Below, in pieces: positions 26,138-38,500 of a stretch of DNA of 64,000 nt; position 1 is the stretch's first letter, and every line of letters starts with the position of its first letter. This DNA comes from Bugula neritina. Lineage: Eukaryota > Animalia > Bryozoa. The notes under the pieces were generated by a model, which saw nothing but the letters and a program-made list of their open reading frames with translations, was not told the DNA's origin and made no database searches. The stretch spans positions 10,014,741 to 10,078,740 of the forward strand of contig OZ037768.1 of NCBI GenBank assembly GCA_964035545.1, written 5' to 3'. A program made the translations under genes and the position numbers.

Positions 26138-28056
26138 TTGGGAAGTAATACATCATATGGAACTCTTTACTCCAAATGTGATAAAACATTATTTATGTAC
26201 GGATGAGATACTGTCTGCATTGGTATTTTCTCTCATGGAACTTCAGTCCTGATGGTTTGCATTCCCGCAGAGTTTAGATGTAGTATAGATATTTTATAGA
26301 AAACAGGTTCAGCAATATGAATAAATATATTCTTATTTATTAGAAGACATTCACGCCATGCACTACTCCATGTGATGTCGCAAGTCTTGAACAAGTGATG
26401 AATAGCTATAGAATTATTTAAGTCTTACTTGTTACTATTACTAGTTATTTGGTGCTGCCCTGTGACATAGATTAATGTTGCAGAACTTGTTTCACGGCTG
26501 AAAATATGTTTTCTATCCCTGCTATTATTCTATCTGAAATTAAATATAGTTTATGTTTATATAAAACAGTTTTTCAAAGTTTTATCTATCATTAAATTTA
26601 AAGCTGTAGTTTTTCCCTTATGCAAGTCCTTTAACTATGTTCTATAACATGGACACATTTCTTCTGTGACCTAGTTACTAGGTATGCAGATCTTGCACAA
26701 TGGTGTGCTTCGGAAAACTAAAGAAAATTTGGTGCAATATTTATAATATTTCCAGGCTGCTCACACTTGACGGAGTTATATACGTGATTAGTGACAAAAT
26801 GCAAATAGTGCTGGGTTATTTTGTCAATAGTCCACTGCTATTTTAGAAAGTATGCATCTGAAATGTCTTGAAACATAATGAATACAAATATAAATTTCAG
26901 TACTCGATAACCCAGTGGCCCTGTAATGGGGTGTTCTACTGCTTGCAGGCCCTGAGATATAAAACGCATGAAGCAGCTTTGATAATATTATAGTGATTTA
27001 CCAATTAGAGGAAATAAAATTATTCAGTACTGTGCACGTGACGATGCAACTTTAACCATCAACTTTAGGAAACTTCAACCAAAAAAGGCCATGAAAGCAC
27101 TTTTTAGAAAATCGTTGAAAAATTAAAATCATCATTGGAATAATTTGTAAATTAATGTTTAATCAACTTTTAGGAATAAAATAAACTAATATTTACTCGT
27201 TTTTCCTAAATTGAAATTTTGCACGTGCCTTGTTAAAAATGCTCTTCTAAAATCAAAATTGTGTATTCTTAGTAAATTGGATATTTACTATTTAGTTTAC
27301 ACACTGGATTGCCTGCTATCAATCCATTCTCTTTATATGGCAAACATGCTTTTCCTTGAATATGATGTTTTCTTATTCTTGATGTGGCCTATAACCTTGC
27401 TTCTGTTGTACAGTAAATCTATACTAACCGCTTACTACTTGGAATTGTTTCCTCATGAGGAAACAAGCCCAAGCAGTAGTCGTTATGTTATCTAGCAGCA
27501 GCAAGTTAAGTATAAAGTGCACTCCATTGAAAGCTAAAGTACTAGAATGCTGGCTTCACCAGAGTTGTTAATCTTGTTGTGCTGCCCAGTATTATGTTAA
27601 GTGTGGTCACCACTAATCTAAGTTGTCACAAGAAGATGTGTAAGTTCAGGTAAATACTTGATATTGGCATCAGTTTTAAGTTTACAACATGAGATGAGAG
27701 CATGAAGTCATTAGAGCACCAACAAACCAGTCATTGAATGTACACAGATACCTACATAAGTATTAAAATGATGAGTATTTCATCAACGGAATGTTAATAG
27801 CTGGAGATTACAGGGCAGCAGCAAATGAAATGGTGGTGTGACCACAATCAAAGTTAAATACATGTATTGTGCACAATACAACCACAATAATACAGTTTTC
27901 TGTATAAAATTTTATTTAATAACAATTTGAATTAATAGGCTGTAAAAAACATGATAAATTATAATGCAAGTGAATAACAACTGTATATACAAATAGTAAT
28001 GAATAAGGATGCATATAGACCTGTAACATAATATCTGAAAGTTCTCATCAATATTG

Positions 28057-29857
28057 TTAACTTGCTATAGGTTCCGAGAGATTCAGACTATTGCTGTCAT
28101 GACCAATACCTAAAGTCGGTGGCGCTGACTGCTGTGGGGGCGGAGCTTGTATCTGGTTAGACTCTGCGTCTTCTACTTCCATCTTATCATTATTATCAAT
28201 ATTATTTTCAGACTCGGAATTATTTCTGTCGCCCCAATCAATAGGAAACTTGGTGACTCGAGGCGCTGTTGCAAGCACATTTCTTTGTAGCTATAAAAAA
28301 CAGAAATGTAACAATCATTCCAAATTAGTGTGTAAAAAGTTTTCAATAAAATAAAATGGTGGATGTTTCACATTGGTGTAATCAGACACTTCCAAATTTA
28401 CATAATTAACAATTTGGTCTTAAGATTGTTTGTTCCCTAATAAAATGTGTGCAGATATTACACTAATAGCCTAATTATTTCTATTAATTATGATTTAAGA
28501 GCAAAGTTTACAAACTTGGTAGCTTATCTAACCCTAAACAAAGCAGTTATCTTCCCAAAAAGTAACATATTATCCCTAACAAATATTTTGATCCTATGGA
28601 AATTAGTCTTTTCCTTAATATAAAAAATTATTGCACATGAAACACTTAACATGCTTCTTTCAACTTTTTTAATCGTTATTTAACTAGCCGCATAAGTTAA
28701 AAATATTATCGGTCTGGACAAAGGAAACACATGGCAAGGTAGGAGGCAAAACAGATCACAACGAAGAAGCGCTCAACATATCTTCAGCTTTTAGTGAAAT
28801 AATATATTTACTCGACTGAAGTCTGGCGTAGCTGGTGGATTTTCCTTCATCTCCGGATCAGTGTAATCATTGTTTACATAGTAACCAACTCGAATGAACT
28901 CTCTTGATTTATATGAACATGTGAGCAATACTACAGTCACCCCAACAGCATCAGCTACAGGAATCTTTTCTATGTCTGGTGATGGTGCCTGAAATAGTCA
29001 ATAGCCAATAGAATTATTCAAATATAAGTAGCAGTATGGCTACACACTATGCTTGCCTCAAAGTTTAAAACTTAAATTTCAAAAGCCACATGGAGCATGT
29101 TAAAATCTTTTGGGTTAGTTATCAGCAGAAATAAATCCCGTAGCACATAGTAACAAAGGAGAGAAAATATTTATATGTTGTGCTAAAAATTCAATGTGAT
29201 TAAGACATAATGCAACTTTTATTTGAATAAATTGTTAGACCAGAATATGTTTTAAAAAAAATGGTATTAGATATATATTTCTTTTATCAATGCTTTATCT
29301 AATCAGAGTATATAAACGTCTAAACTAGTTGAAGGCACACCTTTAACCAGTTTCTTAATTTATTTAATCTGTAAAGCAATAAATGTATTCCTAGTACCCA
29401 ACTACCACTAAATTTAATATGTTCATTTTTCCTAAAATATAAGATGAATGTTAAAAGCTGTTGAGAAATAATTCACCTGAAATACAAACATGTGTTTCCC
29501 TGGAGGTACAGGACCAACCAGTACTGAGTCCAACACCTGGTCGTGGTCCTCACTCTCAGCTGAGCTCACATATATAATCTTCCACTCTAAATCTTCAAAC
29601 ATATTTGTTCAAATAAAACAATTCAATTTGTAAACTTTGAACACTGAAAAAAAGTTAACAAATTTGTATCAGTTTTAAAAAGTGTGTTATGATGAATAGC
29701 ATGTTCCAATAAACATACAGAGATTCACTTAATAACAATAGTTCTTACCGTCATTCAGATGCTCTAAGCATTCAAAAGTGATTTCAAACTGAAAAGGATT
29801 ATTAAATGGAGATGGGTTGTCCAATACTACAACATTGCTGATATTTACTTGAGACAT
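28057..29857 (-). CDS. ASF1: Histone chaperone ASF1, 211 aa
   Basis: Exons (-): 29857-29749, 29592-29477, 28988-28812, 28290-28057. MSQVNISNVVVLDNPSPFNNPFQFEITFEC, DLEWKIIYV, DQVLDSVLVGPVP, VGVTVVLLTCSY, EFIRVGYYVNN, PRVTKFPIDW. Probable 5'UTR intron 29886-32639. Confidence 0.97.
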
Positions 29858-31189
29858 GTTGCTTTATTCACCAACATGCAATCACCTAAAAGTATATAAT
29901 TATGGGAACTGAAATTCGCATTTAAACCTTTATTGTTATATTGTACTTTTAACTTTATTAGATTTATCTAATTTATCTCCATGCACTTAATTCAAATTTG
30001 TTGCTTGCGTTTGCATCTAAACTTATTGCAATATTATTGCAGATGTAAAAAACTAATATTAATGATAGTTTGATGTATGTAGTTGTATAACCAACCATGA
30101 TTCTAGGCTGTTCAATCTATATGCTCTTACAATATATAGTTCATAGTCACTATAAACATTTGTGAAATAGGAAAAGAACTTGAATAAAATGGAGTAGATA
30201 TTTAAAAATAAAATAAATAAATCATAATAACTACGATTACCCAATATTTTCAAGGTATTGCAGCAAGTTATTAAGCAATAACTATTGTAATAATTATCTA
30301 TTGTCAAGCAAAACCAATTCGTTGTTATTTGAATCCACATTATCACCTAATAATTAATTAGTTTTTTATCACGGCTAATTATCCAACAAAATTATTATAG
30401 CATTATTATAAAAATCATATTTTTACTGAATTTAATGCCTGTGATTGACCAATAGCTAATGACTATAATATATGTTTATTATTACATGGCAAAAATAGAT
30501 TACAAACATAATATTGAATAAATGATTCACACCACTCACCAAAATTAACCAGAGTTTTTTATAAGAATAATTCGATATTCATAAATTAATTGAAAATGCG
30601 TTAGTTTGATTTTACGATATTCAATTTTTTTTCCGAAAAAGTTGGCAGTACATGAACTCTTTATACCATGTTTCCTATTAGCAGTATATACTATATAGAG
30701 CCTATTTTCAAATTTTTTTCAAGAATCCTAATAATTAAACTTCACATTGCAATGCAAAAAAACATGTAATGAGAGTTAGCAATATGCAGTATTTTTTTAA
30801 TCACAGCCAAGATACTTCTGGGTATTACATTACTATATGAATAGGACTAGTTAGCCCTGCTTTATAGTTATAGTAAAAAGTAAGCTGCAGTCGTGATGAA
30901 TACTAATCATTATGTGATGGTCTGTTTTCAAAGCCACCAGAGCAGGTGAATGCCAGATGGTTTGGCATCCAAAATTAATATTTTGGCAGGTATTATACAA
31001 GCATTAGGATGATGTCATTATTATTCCAATTGATTAGGATTTGGATTCATGTGATTAAATATTGAAGTGTAATTCTAATATTTAACATACAACCTGACTA
31101 ATTTTTTAATTCAAAATAACAAACAAATTATTATATGTGATAGAGCGACATTAAAATTCAAATACGAAAACGTAAATAAAAGTTTGAGC

Positions 31190-32620
31190 TGAACATTAGT
31201 ACTATTTTTAGTTTACATTATTAGTTATTATTAATTGAGAAGGACACTTCATATGAGAAAAACAAAAGAAAAATGTGATTAAGTTATGCATTGGAATAGC
31301 TAATAATAGCTTTCAATTTATCATATTAATATAATATGAACATGAGTAACCACTTGAGCCTATATACAATAACTCTGAGTAAGATATGGAGTAGTCACAG
31401 CATGAGTAGCCTACATGATATGGTGCATAATGATGATAATCATAATGATTGTAATAATACTCATTATAATGAGTGATTGTCATAATAACGTTAGTGATCA
31501 TCATGCTTCAGGGAATCATGGTGTTGGTGATCATCACTATGATCTATAATTATGGTGGTTATGATTAAGCTTATAGTTATACCTACAAGCTATTGTATTA
31601 TATTTAGGTTAATAGTCATTTACTTAATACTTATTATTATCACTATCAGATAGTCACACTGATAATGACTATTAGTGACAGTGTTACACCCGATAAGTAT
31701 AACTATAGGCATAGCGATAGTCATAATGAGTCTGACAAATTTAGTACTAGTACTCTACTTCTAATACTAGTACTACTACTAGTAGTGCTAGTAATAGTAA
31801 TACTAATACCAAGTCTAATAGTAATACTAATATTCACATTATAGTAATATAATTAATATTATTGAGTGAAATAAAATTAATGTAATAGTTGTTTATAATT
31901 CATAATGAATCATAATGTAGTACTAATAGTAATAGTAATTATTTTTAGTTAATATTACTAATAGTAATAGTAATTATTTTTAATTAATATTACTAATAGT
32001 AATAGTAATACTAATATTATAATATTTACTGCACCAGTATTTAAAAATAATTTAGAGTTTATACTACTACTACTAGTAGTACTAGTACTACAGCTACTAT
32101 TAGTATTACTATTAGTTCTACTAGTATAAGTATTACTATTACTATAACTTATACTATTACTAATACTATGAATATAAGTTCTACTACTACTACTACTAGT
32201 ACTACTGGTAGTAGTAGTACTACTACTAGTAACCTACTTGTATATTTTAAAATATATTAATATTAATTTTTATTTTATCCTCAAGTCAACTTTCAGTTCT
32301 AGACTTGATTTTAGTTTTACTTTGAAGAAAAATAATCATAATCACTTAAAGTTTATCATAATGATAATCATAATCATAATGTACATTAGCTACATTTCAG
32401 TAGTTACAATTATTAGTCTCAACTTCAACTTGTATTGCTAATTGAAATTTAATATTATTATCAATATTATAGTATAGGTAATAAATTTAACATAAAGTAT
32501 CCATAAATGTTGAAGCTAAATTGAAATTCTAAGACTAATACTAATACAAAATAACAAAATTATAAATAATAATATTAAATACAATAAAATATTAAAATTA
32601 AATAGTAAAATTAAAATACA
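31190..32620. repeat. Degenerate 3/6-bp-periodic (A-N-T)n tract in the ASF1 5'UTR intron
   Basis: ctaatactagtactactactagtagtgctagtaatagtaatactaataccaagtctaatagtaatactaat...; lies directly downstream of candidate minus-strand donor AAG|GTATAA at 32639. Confidence 0.8.
31921..32009. repeat. 35-bp tandem duplication, about 2.5 copies
   Basis: Unit tactaatagtaatagtaattatttttagttaatat at 31921, 31956 (one mismatch) and 31991 (partial). Confidence 0.8.
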
Positions 32621-32889
32621 TTTGTTTTAGCTTTTATACCTTTAAACCTCGGTTTCAGTTAAAGATTATGGCAGTACCACGAGTAGTATAGATATCCGAA
32701 AGACTGCAAAAATAAATTACGAAGTTAGTCTTATAATTTTATGAAGTAACGGTATGAAACTGTAGGTAATATGTATAAAATAAAAAAAGAGTTGATTTCA
32801 CGTTTAGCGTTGCTGAGCAGTGAGTTAACTTTTCGCTCCTTTTTCATCGGAGAAATGCTCTTGTACGAACAGCTGCAGTGATTAACTTA

Positions 32890-32924
32890 ATTGGCTACGA
32901 TCACCAAGACATGCTCGTCATTGG
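32890..32924 (-). promoter_or_regulatory. Two CCAAT boxes 30 bp apart, candidate ASF1 promoter
   Basis: ATTGG at 32890-32894 and 32920-32924 (AGCCAAT and AACCAAT on the minus strand), upstream of the inferred ASF1 non-coding first exon. Confidence 0.4.
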
Positions 32925-33264
32925 TTATTTCTATATAGGCCACTTAGATGCAGAGTGATAGATTATAATAATTATACATCATACCTTATATATCTATGTA
33001 CGTACACAACTATGTACGTATTATCATTACGTACCTTTAACTCTTTGCTTGGGAGTAACTTGCCAGCTAGAAACTGCGTTAAATTTTTTCTGTTTGCTTT
33101 GTTCCTGTGAATGATCAAGAGTTTCCCGCTTTGGTTGTAACAATTACTATAATCGCCGTTTTCACCAGTAATGCAGACAATTTTTGGGAGTTTAATCTTT
33201 CAACATCGGAGTTATCTTTTCTAGTAAAATGATCGCTGCATATTGGAGAGCTCATTGCAGAGCA

Positions 33265-33277
33265 GTTGCTAAGATAC
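33265..33277. promoter_or_regulatory. RFX X-box-like element upstream of PIERCE1
   Basis: GTTGCTAAGATAC (reverse complement GTATCTTAGCAAC), about 370 bp upstream of the ATG of a motile-cilia gene. Confidence 0.5.
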
Positions 33278-33645
33278 TCTCTAACATACTTGACATGCTA
33301 AAGACTAGACCTAGTAGATAGACTTGGCAGATTTTTTTGCAGAACCGAGTTTCATAAATTTTAAAGACGAACGTTATTACAATATAGGCCAATATAAATC
33401 TAGTCAACGAAATATATCTTACACTTGCTTTATATTCTAAAAATTTAGGACTGGCTGCAAGTTTATGAATAAACTTAGAAGTTTCAAAAACTAAAAAAAG
33501 TCTTTACTCTTTAGCATTTTGAACTTGGGCATTTAAATCAAAGTCATTAATTAACCATTTTAGTAAGTTAGTTTTAGTGATAATTGTCTTGAAGTAATCA
33601 AAACGTTGTTTTGAAACATCGAACTTTACTAAAATTTTGTTAAAC

Positions 33646-35011
33646 ATGGCAGAACAACAAATTCAGGTATGTGAAATGTCTTTTAACAGGTTTTTGACAA
33701 CAATTGCAATCAAATTAGCCTTTTAGCACAAAACTCTAAATTTGAATACAATTGGTGCATTTGCTTTTGTTCGCTTTAAATTTGATAATCTGTGTTTGTT
33801 CATCATAGTTTTTGGTACAGTTTGGAAGTTGGTGTACTAACTTGTTGATTTGCTTAACTTGGCTACGTTCAGCGCTAGTGCCTATCTTGATCTGTAAGGG
33901 TTATTTGATTGCATGGCGGCGCTTTACATTCTCGGTTTCCAAGTTGAGCACTCATTCTTATTTTCTAGCACATTTTTATTTGTGTAAGCAAATCGAATCA
34001 CAATGATGCCTACTTAAATTTATGTATAATATCTAACTGTATATTTTATCTGCTAGCTAAGTTGTTACATTTTGTATGTTTTAAATACTGGTTTGCAGAA
34101 TTCAAATGGCTGCTCATCAACGGAAATAGGTCCAGGTGGTGTACCTAGAGGCACAAAAACATCTGATGTATATAGAACATTTGGCATTCCAGACCGTTTT
34201 GAAAATCCAGGTAGATGAATAGAAGTGACATACACTGTTAAAATAATTATACAATCAATAATGATAATTTACTGGTGTTACAGAATTTTCCAGGACACTG
34301 GCTTTAAACCTTCGACTATTTTATATATCATTCAAAATTTAACTTTTAACAAAATAATTTTATACAATCATCAAAGCTAATAACAGAACAAGACTGTCAA
34401 AGTGCCAGTGCTGATACAATCAAACAGAAGAAAGAAAGTACTCCTAGTGCAAATTGTTTAACATGTCTGTAGTTATTTTGACCTTACATGTTATACAGTT
34501 GCAACAGAGTCTTCTTTTATTAATATCGTTTTATATAAATTAGGAGTTTGTTTCTCTGCAATTCAAATTGTTTTGTCCTGCTGTAGAGTGGTTTGAAGGC
34601 TACACACATAAGCCGGTGCATCCATTGTACAGAACAACTGCGCAGGACTATGGGGGTAAAGAGCCCAGTGTTCACACAATGCCAACACATTTCTATGGTA
34701 GATCTCAGAAATTCTCAAATGTAAGATTATATATATCTTTACTTTGATAATTTATGGTAAGCTGCATTTTTTAATCAATGCTAACTTGATGTTCAATTAC
34801 ATTATGGCCCATGAGGTCAATTTTCCGTTTCTGAAGGGATTTTTTTGACCTGCATTGCACATGAATATATAATTGAGCATTTTTTTTATTGTTAAAATGA
34901 TATGTTAAATACTGTTCTAATATAATATATTTGTAGCACTTGGGAAAAACAGGAGCTGGGAAACTCCGCAACCAGTCGTTGAACACAAACCATGATGTGA
35001 GCAGGGTATAG
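33646..35011 (+). CDS. PIERCE1: Piercer of microtubule wall 1 (C9orf116/UPF0691 family) microtubule inner protein, 113 aa
   Basis: Exons: 33646-33666, 34099-34210, 34587-34720, 34937-35011. KTSDVYRTFGIPDRFENPEWFEGY...[34 protein letters not shown]...RNQSLNT matches the PIERCE1 pattern (TSDYYR..LPGRFNNPGWFRGY..YRTSNQAYG..PTVHEMP..FS). Not present in the ORF track. Confidence 0.9.
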
Positions 35012-35522
35012 AAGTGTAAGCAAAGAATGCTTCATCACCATTTTATGGTGATAAAACAAAGATTTCTAAGTGCATGTTTTATAACAAATTGCTTATATAT
35101 ACTGTAAATAAACGAATTTATTATGCTCATCAAATTTAAATGCAATGTAAACTCTCAAACAACATTTTCCAATAATGTTAAATAAGTATTTGTTTTGTCC
35201 TCTAACTCTACAACTCTATAAAAATTTGATGCTTTTTAAAAGAATGTCAAAAACAATATATTTTTGAAAATAAAATAGTAAAATATAAAAATAGCAGCTA
35301 TAAGATGAGTCATTTATTTACAAAGCTGTACAATATATAAAAAGTTTAATTTTTGTGATGCTCAGTAAAATAAAGTCATCTGGGGTTTGGTAGAGTTGTA
35401 CATAATATATATATATATATATAAAAATTTGTTAAACTAATATCCAACATAATAAACAACATTCATGATATGGACTATTCCTAATAGCACAAATAGGAAA
35501 CAACCATGAAATGTAACTCTTA

Positions 35523-38500
35523 CTAGCACGCATAGGTTCTCAAATCTTCTTTGACATATTTTTCATAGACTAGCTTAGTTTCGTACAATATTCTATGCAC
35601 ATTATTTTTTCTGACTTTTCGATCAAATAGCATGACGATAGAATCAAAGTCAAGCTTATTTTTCATTATATGATCACGGTGTTGAAGGATCATGGCAAAA
35701 GCTGCACACATCAAGAAAGGGTTCCCATAGCCAAACTCGTCAGGTGAAGGGAATACGGATTTGTTAGTTGGCTCTTTGTGACCATCTGATGTTTCAAAAG
35801 CAAATTGCAAATCCGACCCGACAGTTTTCAGCCCGACTGGTGTAACTGGATGACTCCTTATACCAGAATCCATGCTAGAAGTACTGATGATACTTCCACC
35901 GACATCGGTACTGATATTGTAGATGTCTATAATTTCAAGACTGCCACTATTCAAAAGTTCATCCTTGTACTGCAACACACCATTCTTGTCTGTTACAACG
36001 TCAATGTAAAATTTACTAGTAAATTCTTGAGGTTCCTTTGAAACTGAAATTTCTAAAGAATGGTTGATATTGTTTTCTTGATCGTGAAGGTTACCGTTAT
36101 GCATCTCACATGGTAAACTCTGTTGACTGTCATAAAACATCTGTTTGATTGACTCCTCCTGGTTACCAGTAGGAGTGTTAGAATGAGCTGAAGATTTTCT
36201 GACTAGTGACAAAAGCTTAGTGTAGGGAGTAGGTGTGCCTGAACCCGTGGCGAAGCCATTACTCGAAGCAACAGCTGAAATCAGCTGCTTTGGAATGAGA
36301 TTCAAACTGTTATTGCAAGTGCAGTAAACATCCGATAAAGAAACGCCATTTAATGGATGATCAATTGGTAAAGTGCTCCACATTACCTCCAACATGTACA
36401 GAGCATCATTAAACGCAAACTCTCGCTTCATTTCTAACAGCAGCCATCGGTACGTAAAAAACAGGTCGTTGACTTCATTTTCTATCATATAAGTCCAAAA
36501 CTCCGGGTCATAATAACTGAGCAGCAGCTTGAGATGATCAAACTTGCATGTCATGGCCTTACCATCAAACATGAAGTTATATTTCAGTCTTTTCATGATT
36601 GCACAAAAACATAGGTAGGCATTAGCTTCATCATTCTGAACTACCAGCAAGACTGCAGCCATATCACTCATACCCTGGCAGTAGGACACCTCAGGGTGGT
36701 TCATAGAGTATGTACAAAGTATATCAAACAGACTCTCAATATTCTTGTTATCCTCACGACCTTTAAAGAAGGAATTTGTACGGTCAGTTCTAATGACGTC
36801 CTTCCTGACCATAGATGTAACGAACTTCAACTCTTCAGACACAGTTCCTTGTTTTAGATTTGTCTTCCAAACGTCTTTAAGCATTGTATACTCTTTGGCT
36901 TTGCTCTGGAGATAGGCAAATCGCTCCTTCCCATTGAGATCTGCAATGTGGAATTTAAAGTTAGAACTAAACCTGCTAATGGAACTAGAGCAAAGATTTA
37001 TGATAGACTGTATAGAAATAACTCATCAATTTAAACTTTTACATATCTTGCTATGCTAGTGAACAGAAGTGCTAGTAAAAATTGGGCCTAGGTTAATATA
37101 TTATATAGAATATTTTTTAAACTGATATGACAATTTTTCATTTGCCAGTCTATTGCAACCAGTTACTGCCAGAATGTAGTTAATGACACATGACAGGCTG
37201 TAATATATGGCATGAAGCTAGGCTCAGAGATAGGAGCACATTTCACATTACATTAGCAAAGATTAAACAGTGATTATTATTATTAACTACATGATTAACT
37301 TAACAGGAAAGGTACAGTATAATACATATGCCTAGATAATCTTCAGACCCCAAGACCTCAGCATGAACCCATGTTTTGAAAAGCCCTAGCAGATCCACAC
37401 AACAACTAGTGGCTAGTCAACCAGCAACTATCACACCCCTAGGTTTATATATAGCTCATGCATGACACAAATGATTATAATGTCTTCGTTGACCCCCAGA
37501 CACTGGCCAAAGTTATCTCTTGTTGATATCACAACACTTACATGCATCATATCAATAGGTTAAACTGGTTATCTATGCTTTCTTTACTTTTTAAAGAGAA
37601 ATTGAAAATAAGTTACCAAACTTTGGTAAATAGCAAAAAAGTGTAAACTGTGTTGACTAAAGCAGCACCCAACACTAAATAATATTGAGTTGTGAGTATA
37701 TAACAACATGCTGCTACACAACTGTTTATTGTCTACACTCTGCTCTGTGTTATAACTATGTATACGCAGGTATATGGGTAAAGAGTTGGTTTCACATAAT
37801 AATATCTTTAATCTCACAAAGCGATTTATAAACAGTAATACATCATATGGCCATGAATTCAGCGAATAAAATGAAGGACTTTCTTAAATGCACAACCTCT
37901 TATGATGTTTTTCTGTCTAGTAGTCTTAAGCTTCCTAAAATTCCAACACAAGATAACAATGAAGGGCGTTTATTAAAAGCTATGAAAATATAACTTTCAA
38001 CCCTGTTCAACACTCTGTTTCGATATATTTTTGTTTCGGTAGAACTGATGCTTCCAGCATCTGCATGAAACTGAGAGAGAGTGAGAGCGGTTCCTCATCA
38101 GCAATAAGAATCTGTTTACATCCGATAATAAGAAATTCAAACTGCACTGCATAAATGTTTACTCAATAAGCAGTATTATTCTCTATTATATGCCAAATGC
38201 ATGAAAATATAGAACTCAAGTGATAAACTAACTGCATTGTGTGTGTAAATGACTGAACTAGAAATTAGTGCTGACCTGCAGGAAAGACGTTGACCAGATG
38301 TCTCCACGTGACCTTGCGAAGTCCGGGGTCAATCCCTCCTTGATATATGCTCTCTCTGAATGCCCTCTCATTCACCAGCTTACCATCACAGTCCATGTAG
38401 TTGCGGAACTCGGCGTCTGTCATAGGGGACTTGGAAGGCTTGTACAGCTCCTCAGGCTTTGACTTCTTACCTACAAATTTTCAAATTGTGCGTTTTGACA

